DNA of 63,931 nt, the filler included, from Choristocarpus tenellus KU-1152 (taxonomy: Eukaryota > Protista > Phaeophyceae): NCBI GenBank assembly GCA_964200185.2. It is 7 parts of 7 records of this genome, joined end to end, with 100 filler letters (N's around TTAATTAATTAA, not from the genome) between each part and the next. Parts side by side here need not be neighbours in the genome. Positions count along the whole stretch, not along the records: positions 37,630 to 53,080 come from CAXNAD020000998.1; positions 53,181 to 56,650 come from CAXNAD020019816.1; positions 56,751 to 60,923 come from CAXNAD020015850.1; positions 61,024 to 63,931 come from CAXNAD020023741.1; 3 more parts are not named here. One strand, given 5' to 3'. Under the pieces are notes generated by a model. That model did not search any database. It was not told the origin of the DNA and saw nothing but the letters and a program-made list of their open reading frames with translations. This document shows positions 51,264 to 63,931 of this stretch, one piece after another (position 1 is the first letter of the stretch; the number at the start of each line of letters is the position of its first letter). The position numbers and the translations under genes were made by a program.

Positions 51264-52071
51264 ATGAGTGACTTTGCGGCCCTCGCAGCACAAGCCACCA
51301 GTCCACCCACTCCCGAAACCCCTGCAGCAGCTGGAGAGACCCCTGCTGCTGCCGGAGGAGAGGAATCCGTTGTGGCCCACGAGGAGGAGAGCACAGCGCA
51401 ATTCGAGCCTGTGGTTCAGCTTGAGGAAGTGGAGGTGAAGACGCACGAGGAGGATGAGGAAGTCCTGTGGAAAATGTGAGAGGATATCTGAAGGGCCAGG
51501 GAGAGATCGAAATATAGAGGAACATGCGTAACGTTCTTGTACGTTTAGCGTAGTGAATGATAAGTCTTGCATAAGGTGAGCCTGTGGTGACCATTTGAGT
51601 TGTAGCACCAACTCCCTGACTCCCCCTAGAGGTAGAGTTGCATTTTTTATGGTCAAGTGCTTGTTCCGATATCCGGTGTGGAGTTTGGCAAGTGCTGTTC
51701 TTTGAGTCATGGTAGTTTTAAGCAGCACGAATACAAGCATGGGGAGCCCATACTCTTGACGTTGGATGTGTTAGAAATGGGTAGTCTATTCCACGAAGGA
51801 AACTCGTTGCCCCCGACCCGCTCCACACCTCTACACCCCTGGCTGTCCCCCGTTAGCGCCGTCTCCCATCCGTCACCTGACCTCAAATGATGACCTTTCT
51901 TCCCTTTCTGTCCTGCTACTTTCTCGAACACCACTGATTTTCTTGCTTGTTCTGTAACGATACCATTGGCAGGCGGTCAAAGCTCTTCATTTTCGGAGAG
52001 ACTTTGCTGAACAAGGGTACTGGCGTGAAGGAATGGGTGGAGCGAGGAATCGGCGAAGTCAAGTTCCTCAA
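51264..52071 (+). CDS. RANBP1: Ran-binding protein 1 (RanBD), first two exons; remainder not found before the gap
   Basis: Exon 51264-51475 (..EEESTAQFEPVVQLEEVEVKTHEEDEEVLWK) plus exon 51973-52071 (MRSKLFIFGE..KEWVERGIGEVKFLK; split codon AT|G) gives the N-terminal half of a RanBP1 domain. Confidence 0.92.
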
Positions 52072-53180
52072 GTGAGCTCAAACTTCCCTTCTTTTATTTG
52101 CTGAGCCAGCAAGGAGCAGCCGATGTACTGCCCAAATTAAGAACCCCTTCGTGGCTAGCTAAAGCCCGGTCTCGCAGTTTTTGTACGATTGCACACTGCA
52201 GTTCGTTCCCTTCCTATACACCCTTTCAATTCACAAATTTATTTGACTTGGTGGGTATGTGCAATTCTTCGTGGATATGCGCTCTAGTTGCGTATTCTCC
52301 ATTCTAGGATAATGGTACATAGAACCCATTGGTCGTATGGTATTTTGTCTGTACGTATACTATGTTGATTCGGGATCGTGGGTATCAGTTCCATAGTATT
52401 TGGTGCATATATGTACATTGCCCAAGTGATGTGTTGTCATTGAATTGCTCCATGTATACATTCATTCCTTCACACTAGTTCTATTTATCGAAAATTGTAT
52501 TTACTGACTCAACTTAATTCTATCACAATTATGTCTCGAGATGTTTTTACCTATTCAACTCAATTGGCGGTGTGCTTTGTTACACCTGACCTTGAGTTGC
52601 TGCTCATGAGGCAGTCCTGAGTTTGCTTGATGGCATTAGAACCTTCCAGGATAGCCTGGTGTATACATGGATAATATCATATCGATTTTTAGGACAACTG
52701 CACTGTGCCATGTCAAGTTGGTTGGAAACAAATATTCTGCCTTACTGATGTTCGTGCTTTTCTGCTATCGCTGCCTTTTTCCCTCCCTTTCTGGTTCACA
52801 CTAGGCATTCCAGCTCATTTCATATTGGGTTTTTGCTCTCTGTTTGAGAGGAGAGGTAATAGTTTTCCTCTGATGGTTTGAGAAATGATGGATTTTGCCA
52901 AATGTGTCTCCAGCAGTGGTCTCCATGACATTTCAAGACATCCTTGGAAGAAAAAATAAATAGTTACTCTTTATTGCCTATTTTTTTATGTGTGAAGTAG
53001 TCTCCCCCCCCCCCACCCCCCCCCATACACAAAAAGGAACTCAAACCTTTTTTTTTTTTTTTATTACACCGCTTCATACANNNNNNNNNNNNNNNNNNNN
53101 NNNNNNNNNNNNNNNNNNNNNNNNTTAATTAATTAANNNNNNNNNNNNNNNNNNNNNNNNNNNNNNNNNNNNNNNNNNNN

Positions 53181-56100
53181 TAACTGCAAGGCACTCTTTT
53201 TGTGTGGCAGAATATTTACGTTGGGAGGGGGAAAGTAAGGCACTATGGTATGCAATTATATCAAAATTGTCATCTTCATTTTTATGTGCTAAAAATGCCC
53301 CTGTCCCTACATTACTGGCATCTACATGAATTTAAAAATCCTTAGAAAAATCAGGAAAGTGTAGCACTGGAACCGTTGATAACAGTCGTTTGCTTTCGTC
53401 AAAAGCAGTCTGCTGTGGTCGATTCCATCTAGATGAGATATCCTTGTGGTCTTTCTTTGCTCGTTTTACTGAGGTGGTCTCTTTGTGTAACTTTACTCTT
53501 TGTGTATGGCGAATCAATTCAACCAACGGTTCTGTTGCTGTTGCTAGGTGGGGAATGTACTTCCTAACAAAGTTCATTGAACCTAAAAATGATTGCAAGC
53601 CTTTCACAGTTTGAGGAGGATGCATCTCTAATATAGCTTTAACACGAGCTTGGGATACAGCAATTCCCTGTCGGCCAACATGATGTCCCAAATAATGGAT
53701 TTGTTTTGAGCCAAATTGAGCCTTGGATGGCTTTAACGTAACCCCTACATCTTGTAACATTGACAAAACTGTAGTGATCAACTCTTTATGGTGTGTCCAT
53801 GGTGGAGAGGTTAAAACAACATCATCTAAATATATCAACAACGCTGAGGATAGGACCGATACTGGAAAAGGCTTCAGACATAAAGCGTCAGAAGATCCAT
53901 GGTGCATTTTGTACTCCACATGGTAACCTCTGAAACTCATATTTCCCATCCGGCATGATGAAGGCAGTTTTTCGTCAGTCGCATTCATCAGTGATTGGTA
54001 GTTGCCAGTAGGCTGATTGAATATCTAAACAAGAAAATATTTTGAGCCCCTCAACATGGATAAGCACTCATCCATGGATGGCAAAGGTCATGAATTACAT
54101 ATCAAATGTTTATTTATCGTTCCTCTAAAATTCACAAAGAATCGAGGAGATCCATCTGGTTTGGCAACAATGGCAAGAGGGGATGCCCATGGGCTAGATG
54201 AGGGTTATATAATGCCCTGTTTCTCCATATCAGTTACGCATTGTCGAATAGTGCCACGAATTTTTCATGCCGCGTGATACGATGGTCTACTAACAGGTTT
54301 AGTGCCTGGTTGTAGTGGAAAAATTTAACAGAAGTAGTGGTACAGCAACCTAATTATTTTTCGGACAATGAAAAGACTGGTCTGAATTTAGCCACTATAT
54401 CTAGTAGTTCCTCTTGTTCAGACAGTGTCAGTTGAGTATTCGTAAAAGCCTTCTTAGAAAAAACCAACTTAAATTCCTCCCTAGCCTGTTTCAGTTCTTC
54501 AAAAGTAGATGGTGTGGCTGCAACTGCACTTACTGTGGTGTCTGACAAGATATATGTTTTTGATACAGGGGAAACATGGCCAACTACAAACTCTGCTGGT
54601 AACTTGATCCCTTTTTGTGACAAATTGGCAATTTTGACTAGACATCCTCCATCTTCTTTCCAAACAGTAAGGGTTCGACTGACCATTATGTGTTGCTAGT
54701 TGGGATGTATGTCGTCCTCATGCTAGAGGTCTGTACCAGTGTAAATGATAGGTTCCACGACTGCATCGGTAGCTGTTCCTCGAAGTACCTGAGAACAAAC
54801 TGGAACAAGCTTTTCCGTGCCAGGGGGAAGGAATATCTTTTTTACTGTGTGCACTGGTGTATTGAATTCAGATGTGATTACTGAAATTGAAACATGAGAT
54901 GCATTTTCAGTCTTGCAAAAATCTTTTGGGGGGGAACAGATGGGAAGGGGTACGATTGTGTGTTTTGCTGGAATGCATTGATCACTGTCTTAGAACGACA
55001 TCTCATCTCTATCCCAATCTAGCACTGCCCCAAATGCCGACATAATGCTGTTATCCAACAAAATTTTATCTACTCCCAGATTAGGTATGACCACTGCTTG
55101 GACAGGAATTCTTACACGGCAAGATCACACATTGAGCACGCGAGGGGAGTTAGAATAGTGTTGGATTACTGATGTGTGCCAACAATATGATAAATTGGAA
55201 CAACACATTTGAGATGTAACAGACATGTCACCCACGTCCAAAATTGGTTGTAGAGAAAAAGAAAGAGCAGATGCAACAGTTGTTACATGTCCTGCTTGTG
55301 GCAACTTTTGGTGTGCTGACCTTGACTGTTTACAGTGTTGGGTCTTATTTGCTCTCTCCCACATCTGAGTCTGCCCAAAACACTAAGTCCCTAGTTTTCT
55401 TTGACTTCCTAACCTTATAGATTTCAGGAAAACAGAATCAGTAGGGCATCTCTATATTCTCTCATCTCTCTCTCTCTCTCTCTCCTCCTGTGGTTCTATG
55501 TTATCCTGCAGGGGTTTATTGGAGGAATAATATAGATTTCTGACAGGCAGTACCTGCTTTCATCACCAATAAAAGCTGACAAATTGAACGCTTTTTGTGG
55601 TTGTTGTAGATATACATGAGGGATATGTCTAACCCATTTTTGAAATTTGGCAACAGGGGAATAGGACAAAGCCTGTGTTCCAGAACTCATGGGGTAAGTA
55701 TTTGTGAGAAGATGTATCATGATCAAGGATTAAGTACCTAGCCCCAGTGAATATGGTCGAGGTAGGGTGGGACAATATACTCATCTTCATATTTAAAGTT
55801 TGCATGGCCGCTGTCACCAAACCTTTGCCATGCGAAGTCCCCTCAATCGTCTCATCGACAATCTTGGCATAGACGAGTTGGCCATTCATGTACATCTGGA
55901 TATCGAACGTCGCCACCGCACTGTGTTCGCCTTTTCCCCCGTGATCTTCAGTCAACACGCTGGACTGGTTCAGGCCCGAATTACGGGCAGGGCCTTCCCT
56001 CAGCCACTGCTCCACCATCCCTTCCTGCTATAGCGAGCCACCAGGGATGCCTCTGTCTACAGAAATAGACACGGGACTCGGTTGAGGTTGGGCGTTTATA

Positions 56101-56340
56101 CCACCCCCCTCATTACCTCTTTCGATTGTTGGCGTTGCATGGGTCGTCTTCTTTTTCCCCTTGCGAGTTGCGGACTTCTCTCTGGTATTGCTGCTGGTAT
56201 GTAATGTTGCAGTAGGTGCGGGGGTAGCAGTGTCCGACATAACGTGGGGAAAGTTAGCTCCCCTCGAACACTAGGCGTGAGTACCACTGTGGAAGTGTCA
56301 AAGGTGCCAAGTTTTCTGCTCAAGGGGGCAATCACAATCA
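53181..56340 (-). mobile_element. Degenerate Ty3/Gypsy gag-pol (second family)
   Basis: RT 'LIYLDDVV..LKPSKAQFG..IHYLGH..LQSFLGSMNFVRKYIP'; RNase H start 'PVLHFPDFSK..IHVDASNVGTGAFL'; pre-RT 'EQEELLDIVAKFRPVFS'; protease-like region at about 55000-55150; gag-like ORF 55629-56018. Confidence 0.88.
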
Positions 56341-58650
56341 CCGGAATGAAACTCCTTCACCCAAGAACAGCAGATTTCAAAAATTGAGGATGGAGCAAGA
56401 CCTTCAAACACACATATGTTCCCGAATGACTGAGCAACGTCACAGCAAAAAAATGGATCGGTCAGAATCGGAATGGTTCTTCGTTTTCATAGTCCATTTT
56501 GTTTTTCTCGAGAATTCTGGATTATTATTATTATTTGCTCATTCCTAATTTGCTATTCCTCTATTCCCCATTTGATGACCAACCAGTGCGAATGCCCTTT
56601 GTCACTGATTGCCAGCCATCCCCACATTTGATGACCAACCAGTGCAAATGNNNNNNNNNNNNNNNNNNNNNNNNNNNNNNNNNNNNNNNNNNNNTTAATT
56701 AATTAANNNNNNNNNNNNNNNNNNNNNNNNNNNNNNNNNNNNNNNNNNNNCTTTACAACACCATGATTCCTCTTCCTTCGTAGTCTATGTATCATATACA
56801 ATGCATTTGATTCAGGTTTCAACACCCTCTTCATCCTCAATTTTGAGAAATTACCAAATTGGTTGAAGTGAGAAGGATACTGATGTGTCTGTAGCATATT
56901 TTACTCAAGCAGACGGTGATTGATCTAACTGTATGGTAATTCATTGAGACATTCAATGAAGAAATTCATTCTCTCTGAAGAGGGTTGTCACCTTAGCAGA
57001 GAAGGGTTTCGAAGGATAGTTTTTACTCTGTTTATGTTGCATCCCGGTGTGTGTCTTATATGTGTTGTAGAGTGATGGATGGCTTTCGATGGGACAATGG
57101 TAGTCAAGTAAAAATAATAATTAACACATCCTATGCAACTGATAATTTTGCGTCATGGAGATGAAAAAGAAAAAAACATAGAAGAAACAAGAAGGCAACC
57201 TTGAGTCCATATCAAACATAGCTAATATCCCTCATAGTATGCGTGTATGATAGACAGCGACTGTTCCAATGGTTTCTACTCACTGTGATGTACTGACAGT
57301 GGTTGAGCAAAGCGTGATGATGAACTAATGATGGGAATGGGAATAGCGACCAGTACAATCGACGAATCAGCATTCAGTATGAGCTGAAGATGGTGTATTG
57401 TATCAAACCAAATCCAATGAGTCGCCTATGTTTTAAAAGCAAGAGCCCCCTCCTGTGCCCACAGCTCCCTCTGTGCATGTGAATACTTACAGATATGATC
57501 ACAACATGTTCGTCTGAGTGTATGAGGAATTCTGTAGAAGGTGAAATTCTGTTGACAAAACGCAAAGAAAGAACTGCAGCATGAGGTCCAGGGACCAAGC
57601 CTTTGGTGGATGTTGCTAGAGCCTCACATAACAGGAAGGGAGAACAACACCTTTGCCGCGTTTTTTTCCTTGGTATGATTGCCTACAGAAATACTCTCTG
57701 GTACATTGCGAGAAATTCCATACTGGAAACACTCTGGAATACCAACTAGAGAGGGTCAAGCAGTGCCAGACTGCTAACGAACATTGGTCGCCAAGGGTAT
57801 GAAGCGCAAACCAAGTCAAATATCTCCAAGATATACCTACCTCATGGGTGCAAGTACATGGGAAGTATCTTCCTCCAATAACTCTGGGTAGCAGCGTGGA
57901 AAAGCTAATAGATAATGCAACTCGCCATTGTAAAATCGAGGTGGTGACAATGACCAATACCACACTATATTCAGATACTACAGGCAAGCAGGCAGTTCCG
58001 CATCAATCTCGTTTGGGGATACTGCAACATAACACACTTTTTTTTTTAATCAAACGGGATATCCTTCCCCTCCACAAAAAGATCGTCCGTCCGTGTAAGA
58101 TCTTAAAACCTTCACCAGACTGCAAGAACAACCTACTATGGAAAAGAATGAACATGCTGGTGAAGAAGAAAGACAGAAAAAAAGGTTATCTACGAGAACG
58201 AAATGCAGAACCCAGCAGGTGGAATGGACTAACATCTAATAGTTAAGATAAGATGTTACAAGCGTTGACACATGTTGTCAAGTCTTACGGGAAGTAGGGA
58301 TTGAGAAAGAAATTTCAGTGTCATACCAGCTCAACTCAATCCGAAACATCACTGATATCATGCTACCCAACGGAAAGAAGGGAAAAGAGAAGGGCTGTAA
58401 GAACAATCAACCAAAAAATAATTACTTCGGCATTCGGAAAATGTTGGTGAGTGTGAGTATACCTTGGGCTGCTTGGGCTGCCTTAGCTGCTGCTTTACCA
58501 CAATGCCTATCAGCTATCGCAGCTTCCCCCGAAAACACTTTTGCATGAAGCTCATTGTGCCGTCAACCAACACGTTCAAACCACAGTTGTTGGTCTGTCA
58601 CCCTTGTGCTCCTGTTTCAAGCGACAAATAAAATAGCCTAGATAAGATGG

Positions 58651-58936
58651 GAGCCAAAGCATTTAAAGAGGGTGGGAGGTTTGCTCTATTTGTCCGTTTG
58701 GGGCTTGGTTTCCTGTGGGTAATTTATGACATTTTCCTACTACGAAACGTTTCGGAGTAGGTAAAATGTATACGTTTTCAGCAGTTATAACATATGAAAA
58801 CATGAAAAGATGTGCCCAGAACAAAGATATTGACACTTCCTAACAAACACGATATAGTCAAAATTGCACCAAAATCGCAACAATGGATTTTGGACCCCAA
58901 ACGGACACGTCTCTACCCTCTAGGATGCCTTGACTC
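58651..58936. mobile_element. MITE family 2 copy (opposite orientation)
   Basis: Ends GAGCCAAAG.../...GCCTTGACTC flanked by a 4-bp TSD ATGG (58647-58650 and 58937-58940). The body is the reverse complement of the 20969 copy. Confidence 0.8.
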
Positions 58937-59864
58937 ATGGTATATGGCGTCAACACTCCAAAACACAGGCTGTAGACGACACTATGGTAGTCAGCCACTT
59001 TTATGGAATACTTGAAGATGATTATTCTCTACACTAATTTATTCATAACAATGGACTGACTAGGTAACTGTCTGCCAAAGGCTGAACAAAATGTCATCAT
59101 TAAATATATGTGAGTCAACGCATCAAAGCTTACAATGTTTATAGAGGCATCTGAAACCGTCAAATAGAGAACGATTTGCCTGGAACACTCTACTTTTTTT
59201 CTGTGACCAAGACTTTATCGAAATCGTCTTGCGGGCATATCACCCTTGCTTTTCTTTTCCATATGTGACCTCCCAAAATATTAACGTTTCTGGTAGTTTC
59301 TCATCCCTCATCCATGATCCAATTATCACAAATTTACCTCGACACTCCTACATCCAATCTTCATAAGGGCATCTTTGTAGGATAGTGTGTGATCATTGTG
59401 TTCCTGTTCTTTGGTAAACCCAATGCAGTACAGGAGTAACTTGTGGATGTGGAAGCAAAGTTTTTTATGGTGAACCTGGCAGAGTGTCCCCGTCACAAAA
59501 CCCCAAAACATAACTTTAAGAACTATAGCCTTGAGCATTGAAATCTGATGCTCAAGTGATACATCTGTGGTTCTGTCATAGATAACTTTGCTGTGCTTAC
59601 GGGAACAGCCCCAGGTGTTTTTAGATCCATCCGGCTCATCTCAGTATCTTCATCGCTGAAGGTGTCTCTCCAAGGTAACACAAGTCACCCTTCTTATCGT
59701 GCTGACCCAGAGTGCAGATCTACGTCACGTCTACGGTGGTACTGGGAGGTTAAAGGTAAATTGTGCGTACCTTCAACTCAGATATGGTAGCTTTGAATGA
59801 CCTGGCCACCTCTCACAAATCATAATTGTCATCCTGGTCAGACCTCCTTGGGGCCTAGATATAA

Positions 59865-60344
59865 TGTTACAGGCGAATAGCGCGAGCATATCTTTCTGTG
59901 TCCCAAAATCCGCGAACAGTATACATACGTAAGAATTCATGCAAGAGGAACTTTGAATTGATAGAAGATGCAGAGGAAGATTAGAAATATATACATAATC
60001 TCACAGAATAGATGTTAATTCGTTAAAGTTGCAGAATAAAGATTTATGATCGAAGTATCTACATAGCAGTTTGCAGACTTCATCTAACTCTTTGACTGTA
60101 GAAAAGTGGTGGATGAACGTTAATACAAGGCTGAAGGCTCACCACAACCTTCAGTTCTTTTGATGATACCTCTTTTGATAAATTGAACAGCGAGACATTG
60201 ACTGAGCTAAGCAGCAAGCTGACACCGTACATGGTTATCATCTGTGGACCCCCCTTGTAGCGTCGTTTTAAGGTTGTTGGATTTGAGTTTCATATCCTTT
60301 GGAGGTGAGTTCTGAGGGGCGCCTGTAACATGGAGGTCCTACCG
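59865..60344 (+). mobile_element. 5' LTR (59865-60330) plus primer-binding site (60331-60344) of the TGTTACAGGCG Gypsy family
   Basis: TGTTACAGGCG...CGCCTGTAACA, highly similar to 26095-26525, immediately followed by TGGAGGTCCTACCG. Confidence 0.88.
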
Positions 60345-60566
60345 CCTCTCTTCAAACTGGAGAGAACACTCCGTATTCACCTCAACACCTTGGGTTCTTT
60401 GTAGCTTCCTACGCCCGCCTGGTTCTTTTCTTTTCCCAATTTGGTTTGTGATCTTCATGCGGCGTCTGTGGGGTTTTTCGTCTTAGCCTCGTCGTCTCCG
60501 TAGGTGCGATGTCATCTGTGGCTCCGAGGGAACCATAATCCTTCATTGTTGTACAATCAGTGGTCT

Positions 60567-60720
60567 GAGTGAAAGTAAATTAGAGGGTACGAGTTTTGCC
60601 CTTTTGTCCATTTGGGGCTTGGCTTCCCTCGGGGATTTTATGACATTTCCCTACTCCAAAATGTTAAGGAGTATGTAAAATGTGTATGTTATCAAAAGGT
60701 GTACCCGGAACATGGATGTT
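60567..60720. mobile_element. MITE family 2 partial copy (opposite orientation)
   Basis: Starts GAGTGAAAGTAAATTAGAGGGTACGAGTTTTGCCC, the reverse complement of the 30369 end. Similarity fades at about 60720. Confidence 0.7.
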
Positions 60721-61023
60721 CTCTGACTGTTACACCATCCACCTATAGTCGTAAAATAATGGTTTTTGACCGCCAAGGTATGGACGTTGCCTAGGTAGTT
60801 CTTATGCTGTATGTATGTGTTTATTGGCGGAGTGAGCACTACCCTCGATGTGCGGGGGGCGCTCTCCCTTGTTATCTAATGCATATATCAGCAAACACTT
60901 CAGATAAACGTTTGTGACAGTTANNNNNNNNNNNNNNNNNNNNNNNNNNNNNNNNNNNNNNNNNNNNTTAATTAATTAANNNNNNNNNNNNNNNNNNNNN
61001 NNNNNNNNNNNNNNNNNNNNNNN

Positions 61024-61204
61024 GGGGGGGGGGGGGGGGGGCGCGGCGTGGGGTCTACATGAGGGTGTCCATTTGGGTCATAAACAGGAAAAGTCCACTT
61101 TCATTATCCATCTGACATATGCAACTAATCACCCAAATATAGTGACGAAAAAATGGGACCCAAACGGACAGCCCCCCCCCCCCCCCCCCCAGATAATTTG
61201 AGTC
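61024..61204. mobile_element. MITE family 1 copy, cut by the contig start
   Basis: G-run...CAGGAAAAGT..CATTATCCATCTGA..ATCACCCA...C-run AGATAATTTGAGTC. Confidence 0.7.
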
Positions 61205-61816
61205 ATTATGTGCAAAATCCTTGAATGAGATGCATATATACATACATACATACACACACACATACTGGGACAAACTACGTAGTACATAATAAAAAAGTAA
61301 GGTAGAAGCATATTATGAATATTATATGTTACACTTCAAGTACTAGTGTTACTACGAAAGAAGAACGATAAATTAAAACCATTGCTGCCATTCTGAATAC
61401 GCTTCATCTCATTGGCCATGGCAATTTGGCAGTTTCCATGCGTGGCGTTGATGTTCTAGGACCAAGTGAATGTATCAGTGGTCGGTCTTGGAGTGACACC
61501 CTTGTAGAAAATAAATATGCATTTCTTGCTCTCTTGAAGGTAGTGTTTCAAGCAACACACGGTGTTGGTAGTGATTGTTTTCTTACACCCACATAATGGT
61601 TGCATGTAGATGAACAGACACATAGAGGGGTCTTACAAGTTGGACAACTCTTTGGTTGGGAGGGAACATAGAGACAGATGTTTTCATTTCACAACCGAGT
61701 TATGGGCAGGTTGAGGTCATTGAAAGGTCTTACCCGGTCTGTTTACCACGAGGAATTTTATTTTGAACATCTCACACTAGGGCATTAAGTGTATGGGGTG
61801 GGGGAGCAAGCGATAC

Positions 61817-61930
61817 AGTGTAAGGTATAGTTGTTACAGGTTATACCCTCATATAGTATAAGGTATAGTTGTTACAGGTTATACCCTCATATAGTATAAG
61901 GTATAGTTGTTACAGGGTATACCCTCATAT
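61817..61930. repeat. 38-bp tandem repeat x3
   Basis: TATAAGGTATAGTTGTTACAGGTTATACCCTCATATAG. Confidence 0.85.
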
Positions 61931-63729
61931 TCACCTGCGTATCCCCCTCTGAGTCTTGTTGAGGTATGTCCAGGTTATTCCTCGAATGGTGCGGCCTGAC
62001 TCGAGGTAAATTTGACTCGAGGTAAGGAATTATTCACGCCCAGAATTCGTTTTTGTAAGGAAATATTCAAGTTAAGTGAGCACTAGTTACGTGCCCTAGT
62101 TTTTTCCGAGCACGCTGTGTGTATGCATGCATTTTGTTCAAAATGGTGTGATATATGTTCAAAATAGTGTGATGTGTGATGCCGTCAGAGTTTAAGTGCA
62201 GTGGAATAAAAAAAATATGTATCAGGTCCCCTCCACATCCTCGGAAGAGGCGGCTTCGTTTTCCCACAGCCTTCTCTCCTGTTCCAAGGCTGGTCTACAT
62301 AACCCTATGAAGCATCCGGAAAGGTGAATGAAGAAGCATCCTGCAAAGAGTGCCTGGAAGTGTAGTGCATTGGATTCTTGATTGAAGTCTCGAGGGAAGT
62401 TGTCTCTTTAAGGTACACCTCAGACTGTATTTATATCTATATCCTGATTGTACACCATAGAGCATGATGTATGATCGAACATGGTGCATAGTCTAATGTG
62501 GGTGTGTTTCCCTTTCCAAAGTGAAACATTGTAGTAGTTATGGGGTGTCCTGTGTGAAATGAGCGTGTTGGTCCGTCTCCAGCACATGTCTGACCTTGCT
62601 TCCATTTGGACTTGTGAAACCATTTCCAATACCGCACTCTTCTTTTGCTGCCTCATACATCAATTATAGGAGACAGTAAATAGTCTGTTTTTTTACAAGA
62701 TTTACTGGCTTTTTTTACGGTGTGAGCCATAGGGGACACTATTGCATGCAGGGTGCTTCCCCACATACTTGACACTGGGTGACCATATTGGTGTTTTTGG
62801 ACCAAAGTCTGGGTGACAAGCACATCCTATTGATGTAAAGCGTGTTGTTTAGGCTCACTCTGCTGATACACATGTCACTTTTTGTTTTTTTTCCATTTCT
62901 GGGGGAACATTCCGTACCCCTCCATACTCTCATCCCTTTGGTGTTTTGGACATATTCAAGAGATCACAGTTTATGTGGGGTTTGGGCTCCTTTGAGAAGA
63001 TAGTGTGGTCTGGTGAGATGAAAGGTCAAGCTACTACCCAGAAATTGGTTGAATTAGGTGCCTTTCTGTACCTCTGGAGCTCAGCAGCTGAGATAATGAA
63101 CAACGGAGGAGAGTAAAGCCTTAACGTTTTTAGATGTGGTTGTGGAAATTGGATGATGTGAGGTGTTTAATTTCTTTGTAGTTAAAAGGTAGCTGGCACT
63201 TGTAGTCCTTGGTATCAAGTGAGAGCTAACCCAGTTGGAAATTCCCACTATTATTGATATATTTTTTATTCTTATGTTATTGTGTTTCGTTTTTATCTTG
63301 TGGAGAGGCGTTTGTGCTGTTCACAAGTATTAACTATAAAGTACTATTCAGTTTCTGCTTGTGATGCAAGTAATTATTTTGGACTGGGTGCCCATTTATG
63401 ATTATGTACGATGTATGAGTTAGAATGTATAGTTCAAATTATACCTATAAATATAAGGTATAGTGTGTTGTTTAATGGAAGGATGTATGAATGTACGGGC
63501 TTAGGGTTAGGGAAGATGTGGTTTTAGAGGACCACCACCGTGTACGCAATCAGCCCCCGTCACATGACGAATGTCACCACCTCACTGTATTGTCATTCTT
63601 CCTGCAGAGTAAAGCGTTGTGACCAATATGCAACATATATGTGTCTTATATGTGTCTTGTGTGTGATGGTCATCTGTTACATCTATGATATGTTTTGTTG
63701 TATCTCACACTGCTGCCTGTTGTCTTCAG

Positions 63730-63807
63730 GTATTTGGTATACGGCAGTGCTACTGCAAAGGCTGCCGCATTAATGAGAGAGGCAGAGGTGGAAGACTTCT
63801 TTGTAAG
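63730..63807 (+). CDS. Isolated probable coding exon of unknown protein (YLVYGSATAKAAALMREAEVEDFFV)
   Basis: Acceptor TGTTGTCTTCAG, open frame with protein-like composition, and a donor after 63802 (GTAAGG) or 63807 (GTGTGA). Confidence 0.45.
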
Positions 63808-63931
63808 GTGTGAGGTTGGGGTTGATCTTGGGTGTGTGTGTGTGTGGGGGGGGGGGGGACTATGGTGCCTATGTTGGGGTCTGTTTTTCTGCGGGGGTGG
63901 CTGGGTACTCACTAAGGATAAGTGAAGCTAG

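Noticed and set aside
57370-58550. ORFs of 123-132 aa
   Set aside because: No recognisable motif or convincing splice chain; probably decayed repeat DNA.
59865-60330. MITE interpretation of the TGTTACAGGCG..CGCCTGTAACA element
   Set aside because: Flanking PBS/PPT and linkage to Gypsy pol show it is an LTR; no TSD is present.
62290-62935. Cluster of short minus-strand Cys-containing ORFs
   Set aside because: Fragmented, with no family I can name with confidence.

Overview
Eukaryotic, intron-rich, TE-rich nuclear DNA. GT-AG introns, TTAGGG repeats and the TE and protein families point to a stramenopile, probably a brown alga (inference). The window is seven contigs joined by artificial 100-nt N-TTAATTAATTAA-N linkers, so adjacency across gaps is unproven. 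Hand-spliced genes: a 9-exon FYVE+C2 protein (minus, 6002-14210); the 3' three exons of a class I SAM methyltransferase (minus, 20039-21430); NudC (minus, 7 exons, C-terminus missing) head-to-head with RanBP1 (plus, first 2 exons); and orphan exons. RNA gene: an unusual tRNA with a GAU (Ile) anticodon and a G8/C14 double substitution. Mobile DNA: a nest of Ty3/Gypsy elements (tRNA-Gln PBS, integrase with chromo-like plus Tudor-like tail), a second Gypsy relic, a CRE-like non-LTR fragment, a probable hAT relic and two related MITE families. One Sola2-like MITE sits exactly on an exon/intron junction and is bounded by AG|GT on both sides, like an Introner. The NudC introns carry dozens of short telomeric repeats. 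All calls come from reading the sequence by eye; no searches were run.
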